Assembly: GCF_006345805.1 (NCBI RefSeq)
Contig: NW_021825268.1
Location: 1 to 16,385 of the forward strand
DNA length: 16,385 nt
Origin: Octopus sinensis
Lineage: Eukaryota
Direction of reading: 5' to 3'
The translations under genes and the position numbers were made by a program. Positions 1 to 8,272 of this stretch are shown here, one piece after another. The notes under the pieces were generated by a model. That model was not told the DNA's origin and did not search any database. It saw nothing but the letters and a program-made list of their open reading frames with translations. How positions within the stretch are numbered: the stretch's first letter is position 1; every line of letters starts with the position of its first letter.

Positions 1-40
1 ACACAAGTACTAGACTTGTAATTGTTTTAACGAGCTAGAA

Positions 41-232
41 CAGTGCTCCGTAACCTTTTTTTCACTCGCAGCACATTTATTATGTTCTTTTCAAAATTTG
101 GCGGCACACCTGAGCTAGAAATATAGCTAAGAGTATAGGGAAAAAAATTATATTTCGGTTACACTGCGGCACACCTAGCATCATCTCGTGCCGCACACCC
201 GTGTGCCACATCATTCCGGTTGCGGAGCGCTA
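41..232. mobile_element. hAT (Charlie-like) MITE, 192 bp
   Basis: Imperfect TIRs CAGTGCTCCGTAACC (41-55) and GGTTGCGGAGCGCTA (218-232), 12/15 complementary. 8-bp TSD-like flanks agctagaa and atctaaaa (6/8, NTCTAGAN-like). Internal GCGGCACACC occurs twice. Confidence 0.7.
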
Positions 233-548
233 ATCTAAAATAATAATACTTTCCTGATTGCCCAAAGTGTCACAAAGCATGTTACATTGCAATAGGAAGA
301 ATGAGAAAGAAAATAAAACGAGATGAAGATGGTACACATCGTATAAAACCGTGCTAATCTCCATGGAAACGGAGTATCCCATAGCATCGACCAAGAACCT
401 TACTGAGCCAGAATTACGGTGACCACCAAAACATTAACCCCGGTTTAAGGTGTACAATGATAGTAGCTTCAGTTGCTCGCCAATTCTACTGAATATAAAT
501 GCGGGGAAGGGGAAAAGAACGGAACAAGATAACTGTTGTGGTACTCAC

Positions 549-653
549 CGTTTTTGAAACACTTGATGTTGACACGACACTTGTTAAAGACGACACTACA
601 TTTTTCATATGGAATGGTTTAACGAGCATTGGACTGATAAGTTCACAGAACGT
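549..653 (-). CDS. Coding exon E (105 nt, phase 0 to 0) of the IP3R-like gene
   Basis: Acceptor ttttctctttctttcaag|ACG and donor AAAACG|gtgagt. The only open frame gives TFCELISPMLVKPFHMKNVVSSLTSVVSTSSVSKT, in frame with exon D. Confidence 0.68.
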
Positions 654-721
654 CTTGAAAGAAAGAGAAAACATTAATAAGAATATCACAGCTTTCAAAC
701 TCCTGTGTATGTATAAACATA

Positions 722-851
722 TTTATACATAGATACATACTACATACATACATACATACATACATAATACATACATACATACATACATACATAACATATA
801 ATAGATATATATAATATATATATAATATATATATATATATTATATATATAT
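722..851. repeat. (TACA)n followed by (TA)n microsatellite
   Basis: Directly visible. Confidence 0.95.
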
Positions 852-1034
852 ATAGTTAATCCAAACAAGAAAGCACAAAAAACACAACAACGCGAGGAAC
901 GTAGAACAAATATAGTATTATTGGACGCTCAGGAAAGATGGAGGGTTTAACGTTTCGAGCGGAGCTCTTCGTCGGAAACATAGGAGAAGGAAAGATCCAA
1001 AGAAGGGAAGACAAAGGAAAAAATCGCCAACGGT
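852..1034 (-). mobile_element. Short interspersed repeat between (TA)n and (CA)n tracts, Penelope-like (pLTR-derived) candidate
   Basis: Bounded by microsatellites. Carries a type I hammerhead-like fold on the minus strand. Partial similarity to 2473-2570. The PLE assignment is an inference. Confidence 0.55.
945..979 (-). ncRNA. Minimal type I hammerhead-ribozyme-like motif (CCGACGA core variant)
   Basis: Minus strand reads GTTT CCGACGA A GAGC-TCC-GCTC GAAA CGT T AAAC. Stem I GTTT/AAAC, stem II GAGC/GCTC, loopless palindromic stem III ACGT, GUU triplet. Confidence 0.6.
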
Positions 1035-1067
1035 ACACACACACACACACATATATATATATATTAC

Positions 1068-1250
1068 TCCTCCTCCTCCTCCTCCTCCTCGACTCTCTCG
1101 TCACTGACACGTGATCAGAGGGAAGCCATCTTTCCAACTGCTATCTTCACCAAGACCAGACCTCTTATCCTATCTCTCTCATAAGCTGTCTCCTCAAGCG
1201 TTCATAATAATTTTTCCATCGTCTTGGCTTAACAGCCCTCATCGTTTGTT
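1068..1250 (-). mobile_element. Possible decayed RTE-like LINE 3' end with (GAG)n tail
   Basis: Minus frames give KPRRWKNYYERLRRQL and LEETAYERDRIRGLV, loosely like RTE C-terminal motifs, ending in a (GAG)n tail. Weak. Confidence 0.3.
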
Positions 1251-1403
1251 TTTACTGTGATATTCTCTTTGTTCTCTTTTACTGTTTTTCTTTTATTGTT
1301 TTTACTTTTATTTTTTTATTACTGTCTTGTTTTTTTCTTACTGTCCCGTTCTTTTCTTTTACCACTTTTCTCCTCTGCAAAAAGCCCAAATTTTATATAA
1401 TTT

Positions 1404-1481
1404 GCTCTGTGGGAAGGACTCTTCAACAAAGTCGCATCTTGTCCTTACCTTCGCGGCGCGGAGTGGACGAAACAGGGACAA
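1404..1481 (+). ncRNA. HDV-like ribozyme candidate (degenerate)
   Basis: P1 GCTCTGT/GCGGAGT with G1.U, P2 TTGTCCTT/AGGGACAA, P3 ACC/GGC around TTCGC, GG after P1, then CGAA, all in the nested-pseudoknot order. L3 is short, P3 has a mismatch and there is no P4. Confidence 0.3.
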
Positions 1482-1639
1482 CTGAAGAAGGGGAATATTC
1501 CTTATGTTGTATGTCTCGTTTCTCTGTTTGTTTTTTTTTTTTCGTTGTTCGAAAAAAAGTTCGTTTTCTATGTTTTTGTTTTTATGTTTTCGTTTCTCAT
1601 TGTCTTCAACGTTTTTTGATGTCCTGCATCCATATATGC

Positions 1640-1758
1640 ATGTATATATACATATAGGTGTAGGGATGTACATATATGTATGTATATATGCTATATTTAT
1701 ATATTATTTATATTATTATATAAAATATACTTTTCTAAGTATCTATATATATATTATA

Positions 1759-1826
<68 letters not shown>

Positions 1827-2299
1827 CATTTAATGTAGGATAAAATTCCCCCCCCCAAAAAAAAAAAAAACAAAATTTTATAATGGCCAGCATATAAAAA
1901 TACCTTTTAAGGTTAAATTTATAAACAACTTATAAATGAGGGCAAACGAAAGAATTTCTAATGCCAAATATGCCCAAATTAGACACATTGTCCATAACCA
2001 TTATAATTTTTCACAATACGACGCACTCACTCAAAGTTATATATATTATATATATATATATATTATATATAGATATATATAATATATATATATATATATA
2101 TAATATATATATATATATACATAATATATATATAATATAAATAAATATATATATTATATATATTAATCAATCAGCCGAAATACTACGATGATCCGGTTCT
2201 TGACTGAAGACTGAGGGCTTCGAATGTCCTGTCTGTGTTTGTTGTATCGTCTTCTAAGTTCTTATGCGTTCTTGTCTCAGTTTGTATTTTCTACATATC

Positions 2300-2367
<68 letters not shown>

Positions 2368-2392
2368 AATTATATATATAATATATTATATA

Positions 2393-2426
<34 letters not shown>

Positions 2427-2473
2427 CATATATTATATATATATATACATATATATATACACACATATATATA
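1640..2473. repeat. Several imperfect (TA)n tracts (about 1640-1826, 2035-2165, 2300-2473) with short unique spacers
   Basis: Directly visible. These tracts produce the YI/IY low-complexity ORFs. Confidence 0.9.
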
Positions 2474-2570
2474 TAGTGAGGATTTATAAAAAGACAAAAG
2501 ACGAAGACGGGTGTGTAAACAACAAACAGATGTATAGTTTAACACGCTCGAGAAGTGAGAAAGTCTTAAC
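2473..2570 (-). mobile_element. Truncated relative of the 852-1034 repeat, lacking the hammerhead core
   Basis: Starts atagt after (TA)n, like the 852 copy. Shares aacaaa..a.gtat..acgctc...ttaac with 905-951, then similarity stops. Confidence 0.4.
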
Positions 2571-2579
2571 CCAACTTAC

Positions 2580-2666
2580 CACAAGTCCTTTGGCAAGGTT
2601 TTCTGTGATGGTTATTTCACTTGGAAATAATGTTTTGTCAGGCATGTAGTATAACATATAAAACAC
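2580..2666 (-). CDS. Coding exon D (87 nt, phase 0 to 0) of the IP3R-like gene
   Basis: Acceptor tttgttttcttttaag|GTG and donor CTTGTG|gtaagt. The only open frame gives [29 protein letters not shown], continuing exon C in frame. Confidence 0.75.
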
Positions 2667-3056
2667 CTTAAAAGAAAACAAATATATAGTTAAGTGGATT
2701 ATATATATATATATATATATATACACAAAAATATGAGGGGTTTAGTTTACTGGTGATCTAAACGAATAAGTACGCTGCATAAATGCTATAATTTGTCATC
2801 CGTAAGGTTCCAAGTTCACAGCTGAGTGGGGAGCTAGGGATCCGTAGTAGTTAAAATACACACAAACATACACACATACACAGCATATATTTATGTTGTT
2901 TCACACACACATATGTATATATATATATGTGTTGTGTGTGTGTGTGTGTATACACACACGTTCTCACATACATGCATAAATACAGTTAAATATACACAAA
3001 CTCACATATACACAACATATATCTGCATATGTAAAAATAAAAGAATATATATATAT

Positions 3057-3089
<33 letters not shown>

Positions 3090-3090
<1 letters not shown>

Positions 3091-3575
3091 ATGTTCCTCT
3101 GTCTCTGTAGTTTTTTCGCAAACTTCAATCGCTTGGCCATCATCCTACTCTGATTCGCATCGCACTTCGTGCAAAAAAGCTAATTTAATCGGCTCTTTTC
3201 TGGAAACAATTCTTTTATTGTTCACGGAAGTAATAGTTCCCTGAACGTTTTCCACTTGTTCTTACCGTCTGGCTAGCATAGTATGCTTCGGAACGTCTAT
3301 CTTCTAACGTTTATTATGTTACCCAGGTAACAGAAGTTATCAACTAACTCAGAATTTTGTGTGTCTGATACAGCTAGCAGTTGCTGTAAATCTGTAACAC
3401 ACCAACCCTTTTGTAGCATAGTTAACCTTTGGTATACAGCTTTGGAGTCTGCGGAGTCTGGAGATCGCTCTGGCTTCAGCAGAATCATATTTGTTGCTAA
3501 CTAAAACAGTTGCCTTTACTAAATTTGCATTGAGGTCTAACGATGTCTTTATTTTGGAGATTTGTTCTGCCAATA
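3090..3575 (-). mobile_element. Decayed RTE-like LINE reverse-transcriptase fragment (stops and frameshifts)
   Basis: Minus frames give LNANLVKATVLVSN, ELVDNFCYLGNII, KWKTFRELLLP and RSAM. These match LINE RT C-terminal motifs of the type VNxxKTKVL, EVVDSFxYLG, WxKFRELLP and VRSAML. Confidence 0.75.
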
Positions 3576-3805
3576 ATAATACAGTTCACTTTTTAATTAA
3601 TTAATTAAAAAATAAAATATTTAAACCGAAGCAAAACATAATCAGCGCGTGTGTTTTTATTGGCAGAATGACCCTCCCAAAATTCAACAATATTCATTCT
3701 AGCAAACAGTTTAACATCAGGAATTTTGTGAAACAGACACAAAGACACATGGACGCATACATATATATTGTCTCACACTCAAGTACACCTATATGCACCC
3801 AAAAA

Positions 3806-3809
<4 letters not shown>

Positions 3810-3853
<44 letters not shown>

Positions 3854-3885
3854 CTCTCTCTCTCTCTCTCACACACACACATACA
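3810..3885. repeat. (TC)n/(AC)n microsatellite
   Basis: Directly visible. Confidence 0.95.
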
Positions 3886-4104
3886 CAAGTAAATCTCATA
3901 AAAGTTTGCTCGCAAAACACATTACAAAATTCATTGAGTATATTTATTCTTTTTGTTTTTGGCATTACGGAGATGTACTTGCATAGCAAATGACCTGATC
4001 TGAGATGGTGTGCTGAAAAAAAAACAACTGCAGCGTGGAAGGTGTTTATAAGCCATTTAAAAACACACAAAAACCGTTATATTCACTTCAGCATTTAAAT
4101 TTAA

Positions 4105-4155
4105 TTTGTCAAAATATTTCCGTCGCTTAGAGACCACGACCTGTTCACTGACAAA
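4105..4155 (-). ncRNA. Type I hammerhead-like motif with G3-C8 swapped core (A13G in this copy)
   Basis: TTTGTCA GTGAACA G GTCGT-GGTCTCTAA-GCGAC GGAA ATATT T TGACAAA. 7-bp stem I and 5-bp stem II. Confidence 0.55.
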
Positions 4156-4177
4156 ATTCCGAGATGCAGTACAGAAT

Positions 4178-4228
4178 TTTGTCAGTAAACAGGTCGCGGT
4201 CTCAAAGCGACGAAAATATTTTGACAAA
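4178..4228 (+). ncRNA. Type I hammerhead-like motif with G3-C8 swapped core (G5A in this copy)
   Basis: TTTGTCA GTAAACA G GTCGC-GGTCTCAAA-GCGAC GAAA ATATT T TGACAAA. Confidence 0.55.
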
Positions 4229-4654
4229 TTAAATTTAAATTTAAATGTTGAAGTGATTCTAACGGCTTTTGTGTGTTTTTAAATGGCTCATAAACACCTT
4301 CCATGCTGTAATTGTTTACATTTATTTTATAAATTAGTTTACATAAATTAGTTTACATGCAAGAAAAAGAGATTTGTATTCATTTCATACAATGTAGTGT
4401 CTATGAATATAAAAATTAGCTTACGTGTCAAAGAAAACTAGTGACAGCAGATTTATTAAACATATCTGTTTTATACAATGTAATGCCTATGAATATAAAA
4501 TTAATTGCAATGTTTAAAAAGTAAATATGTTAATGTCTTTATAATATACAATACGATATCTATGCATAGAAGAATTTGTTTACGTATAAAAGAAAAAAAG
4601 TGACAGAAGATCTATTTTAATGTATTTATTTATGTAATGTCTATTTTTCTTTTT

Positions 4655-4833
4655 TTACGGAGATGTACTTGCATAGCAAATGATTTGATCTGAGATCGTG
4701 TGCTGAAACGAAAACAATTGCAGCGTGGAAGGTGTTTGTAAGCCATTTAAGAAACACACAAAAGCCGTTCGATTCACGGCTTTTGTGTGTTTCTTAAAAG
4801 GCTTACAAACACCTTCCACGCTGCAATTATTTT
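4655..4833. mobile_element. Second copy of the fold-back repeat with its centre deleted (58-bp arms 4711-4768 and 4776-4833)
   Basis: Head TTACGGAGATGTACTTGCATAGCAAATGA is identical to 3965. The arms end at the same position as in the longer copy. Confidence 0.85.
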
Positions 4834-4850
4834 TCTTTTCTTTTCTCTTT

Positions 4851-5062
4851 GTTTCAGTCATTGGGTTGCGGCCATGCTGGGGCACTGATATAAAGGGTTT
4901 AAATCGAACAAATCTACCCATGTAAGTATTTTTGTTTTAAAGTCGCATGCTTAGTCTATCGGTTCTTTTTGCCGACCCGCTAGGTTACGGGGTACGTAAA
5001 CAAAACAGCACCATCTGTCAAGCAGTAAGTAGGTGGACAAACACAGAAACAAAGGTAGACAC
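4851..5062 (-). mobile_element. SINE body/3' part, diverged
   Basis: Minus strand has atgggtagatttgttcgattt, similar to the tggggtcgatataatcgactt box of the 6321 SINE. Also resembles an abundant octopus SINE as I recall it. Confidence 0.55.
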
Positions 5063-5065
5063 ATT

Positions 5066-5081
5066 TCTATCTATCTGTCTG

Positions 5082-5156
<75 letters not shown>

Positions 5157-5554
5157 GTCTCTGTCTCTCTCTGTCACTCTCTCTCTCTGTCTCTCTCTCT
5201 ATCTATCTATCTTCATAGAATTATAGCCACCTTGAGCATAATCCTATGAACTCGGAAAAATTTAAAACAGAGTTACTTACTTGCAAACAAAAGTGTTAAC
5301 ATGTTACATTATTGACCGAGGTTACCGTGGTCTTTCCGTGGCTTTTCTTTCACATCAGCATTTATCCCCACTTTACACTTCCCCATTACACTTGTGATAC
5401 ACATCAACATTGATCGTGACGATTGTGTGATCCCTTTGCACCCTTTGCCCTTTTGATCAAAAACCTACCCACACTCCTTTTTCTCCCCCAAAGAAAGCTC
5501 TACTTTGTAATCTGTCCCGTCTGTGTGCAGCCCTGTGTGGCTAATAAAGAAACA

Positions 5555-5592
<38 letters not shown>

Positions 5593-5599
5593 CTATCTA

Positions 5600-5666
<67 letters not shown>

Positions 5667-5677
5667 CATCCATCCAT

Positions 5678-5755
<78 letters not shown>

Positions 5756-5870
5756 TCAGTCTGTCTGTCTATCAATCCGTCTATCTATCTTATCTATCAG
5801 TCTCTCTATCTATCTATCCATCCTATCGATCTATCTATCTATCTATTTATCAGATGGATAGATAGATAGT
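5066..5870. repeat. (ATCT)n, (ATCC)n, (TA)n and (CT)n microsatellites (5066-5210, 5556-5870)
   Basis: Directly visible. Confidence 0.9.
5505..5554 (+). mobile_element. SINE-like 3' terminal fragment
   Basis: tgtcccgtctgtgtgcagccctgtgtggctaataaagaaa resembles tgtcctctctgtgtttagccccttgtgggtagtaaagaaa at the end of the 6321 SINE. Confidence 0.5.
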
Positions 5871-5930
5871 AAATTATGATAATCAATTCAGTAATTGTAT
5901 GTATATATACGATGCAATGCATTAACTTAC

Positions 5931-6015
5931 ATGCAAGAAGGGAAGTACACCTTCCAGTACATAGTAGAGATTGCCGTGGACCATTCCTCTTGTGTCACTG
6001 CTGTCAGCAATAGCA
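5931..6015 (-). CDS. Coding exon C (85 nt, phase 2 to 0) of the IP3R-like gene
   Basis: Acceptor cttattgtctccctttgcag|T and donor TTGCAT|gtaagt. Translates AIADSSDTRGMVHGNLYYVLEGVLPFLH. LYYVLEGVLPFL resembles the ITPR1 LEKYVTEIVMSIV helix (recalled). Confidence 0.82.
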
Positions 6016-6320
6016 CTGCAAAGGGAGACAATAAGAACGTTACAGACAATGCACAATACGCTGAAACAGCTTGTTATTAACTATAGTACAAATGTCACGG
6101 AGATTTACAATACATATATTTATCGAATACTGTTACTACATATTTCTCGCTCAGAGATTTAAAGCTATTGGTTTTTCTCTTTACGAGATCAACGACTGCG
6201 TGTCGCTTTAAAAGTATATACTGTGAGCAAGGTCGAGTGGCTGCCATCTCTAGCCGGTGCTTATCCTGTACCGAGGAAGGGAAATGACCCAGAAACCATA
6301 GGTCTGCAGGTATCACTAAA

Positions 6321-6739
6321 GCGGCGAGCTGGCAGAAACGTTAGCACGCCGGGCGAAATGCTTACCGGTATTTCGTCTGCCGCTACGTTCTGAGTTCAAA
6401 TTCTGCCGAGGTCCACTTTGCCTTTCATCCTTTCGGGGTCGATTAAATAAGTATCAGTTACGCACTGGGGTCGATATAATCGACTTAATCCGTTTGTCTG
6501 TCCTTGTTTGTCCTCTCTGTGTTTAGCCCCTTGTGGGTAGTAAAGAAATAGGTATTTCGTCTGCCGATACGTTCTGAGTTCAAATTCCGCCGAGGTCGAC
6601 TTTACCTTTCATCCTTTCGGGGTCGATTAAATAAGTACCAGTTACGCACTGGGGTCGATATAATCGACTTAATCCGTTTGTCTGTCCTTGTTTGTCCTCT
6701 CTGTGTTTAGCCCCTTGTGGGTAGTAAAGAAATAGGTAT
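6321..6739 (+). mobile_element. tRNA-derived SINE with a tandemly duplicated 184-bp body and a 15-bp TSD
   Basis: A-box-like TGGCAGAAACGTTAG and B-box-like GAGTTCAAATTC. Units 6367-6550 and 6551-6734. TSD AGGTATCACTAAAGC (6308-6322) and AGGTATCATTAAAGC (6734-6748), 14/15. Confidence 0.9.
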
Positions 6740-7155
6740 CATTAAAGCTAGTATACTCTGAGCAATAAGCTCCCTTGTTCACAGTATACGGACACAGACC
6801 ATGTGTCGGTAGCCAACTGGAATAGATGTTTTCCTGGGGCTAAAACGTAGGACTGCCACATTGTGTTGGCAAATAGACTTTATTTATAGAATCATATCAT
6901 TACGTATTGCTACAGGCACTCGGGCCACTTTTCTCTTTTGTCCCGCCAGTCTCATGGTTACAATACGGAAAAATCCATCAGTTTGGAACGAAGCTTAAAG
7001 TGGTTAGTTTCGTCCTTTTCACAACTCTTCAGGATGCATCATCTCTTCCTTCCAAGCCGCGGAAGGTAAAAGTATATTTCGTAGGAGATGATGTCGGATT
7101 TTCTGATACAATGCTTCTGTTTTGTAATTGTGGCTAATGGCGTGAGTTCTGATTG

Positions 7156-7156
<1 letters not shown>

Positions 7157-7224
<68 letters not shown>

Positions 7225-8192
7225 AAGAAGAAAATAAGAAGAAAAGAAGAAGAAGAGAAGAAGAAGAAGAAGAGAAGAAGAAGAAGTAGAAGAAAATAAT
7301 AATAATATTAAGAAGGGAAAAGAAGAAGAGGAAGAAGAAGAAGAGGAAGAAGAAGAGAAGAAGAAAAGAGGAAGAAGAAGAAGAGGAAAAAAGAGGAAGA
7401 AGAAGAAGAAGATGAAGAAAAAGAAGAAGAAGAGGAAGAAGAAGAAGAAAAGAAGAGTAGAAGAAATATAATAATAATAATAAGAAGAAGAAGAAGAAAA
7501 GAAGAAGAGAAGAAGAAGAAAGAAGAAGAAGAGAAGAAGAAGAAGAGGAAGACGAAGAAGATGAAGAAAAAGAAGAAGAAGAGGAAGAAGAAGAAGAAAG
7601 AAGAAGTAGAAGAAAATAATAATAATAATAATAAGAAGAAGAAGAAGAAGAAAAGAAGAAGAAGAAGAAGAAGAGAAGAAGAAGAAGAAGAAGAAAAGAA
7701 GAAGAAAAAGAAGATGAAGAAAAAGAAGAAGAAGAGGAAGAAGAAGAAGAAAGAAGAAGTAGAAGAAAATAATAATAATAATAATAAGAAGAAGAAGAAG
7801 AAGAAAAGAAGAAGAAGAAGAAGAAGAAGAGAAGAAGAAGAAGAAGAAGAAAAGAAGAAGAAAAGGAATGAAGAAAAAGAAGAAGAGAAGAAGAAGAAAA
7901 AGAAAAGTAGAAGAAAATAATAATAATATAATAAGAAGAAGAAGAAGAAGAAAAGAAGAAGAAGAAGAAGAGAAGAAGAAAATAATAAAATAATAATAAT
8001 AAGAAGAAGAAGAAAAGAAGCGAAGAAGAAGAAGAAGAAGAAGAGAAGAAGAAGAAGAAGAAAAGAAGAAGAAGAAGAAGAAAAGAAGAAGAAAAGAAGA
8101 AGAAGAAAAAGAAAAAGAAGAAGAAAAAGAAGAAGAAAAGAAGAAGAAGAAGAAGAAGAAAGAAGATGACAACGACGACAACGACAACAACA
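7157..8192. repeat. About 1-kb compound (GAA)n microsatellite with (AAT)n interruptions
   Basis: Directly visible. Near-exact 153-bp duplication starting at 7561 and 7714. Confidence 0.95.
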
Positions 8193-8272
8193 ACTGCAAG
8201 AAGTACACCGACGATAAAGCGAATAATTATTTTGTGAATAAAAGAAGGATTTTAGAAGTATGAAAGCCTAAC

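Larger units (their letters stand above)
3965..4317. mobile_element. Fold-back repeat: about 57-bp unique head plus inverted arms 4022-4159 and 4174-4317, 14-nt spacer
   Basis: Arms are near-perfect reverse complements, with a 6-nt duplication in the right arm. A second family copy lies at 4655-4833. Confidence 0.85.

Noticed and set aside
250-488. Possible next exon at the tandem acceptor cag-tag (489/486), and a plus-strand CPKCHKAC peptide at 250-355
   Set aside because: Phase-0 continuation hits TAG immediately or stops after 23 codons with no convincing donor. The plus peptide is short with no support.
1478-1510. ACAA-CTGAAGA-AGGGGAATATTCCT-TATG-TTGT as a hammerhead
   Set aside because: Helices flanking the core can be drawn, but the essential GAA after stem II is absent.
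2204-2230. CTGAAGA...CGAATGTC as a hammerhead core
   Set aside because: No adequate stem II, GAAT instead of GAAA, and no stem I found.
2484-2726. FN3-like string [18 protein letters not shown] in the minus ORF
   Set aside because: VSW is the translation of the splice donor GTAAGTTGG. The exon ends at GLV.
3260-3575. Minus-strand donor GTAAGA at 3265 and ORFs of 63 and 74 aa as host exons
   Set aside because: The region is a decayed LINE RT with stops and frameshifts. Exons C and D already join in frame without it.
5275-5400. Perfect minus-strand donor GTAAGT at 5280
   Set aside because: All three upstream frames contain nearby stops and there is no acceptor.
6095-6316. 73-aa minus ORF containing SEKYVVTVF, superficially ITPR-like
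   Set aside because: Weak splice signals. Exon B joins exon C in phase without it and the ITPR alignment is already continuous.
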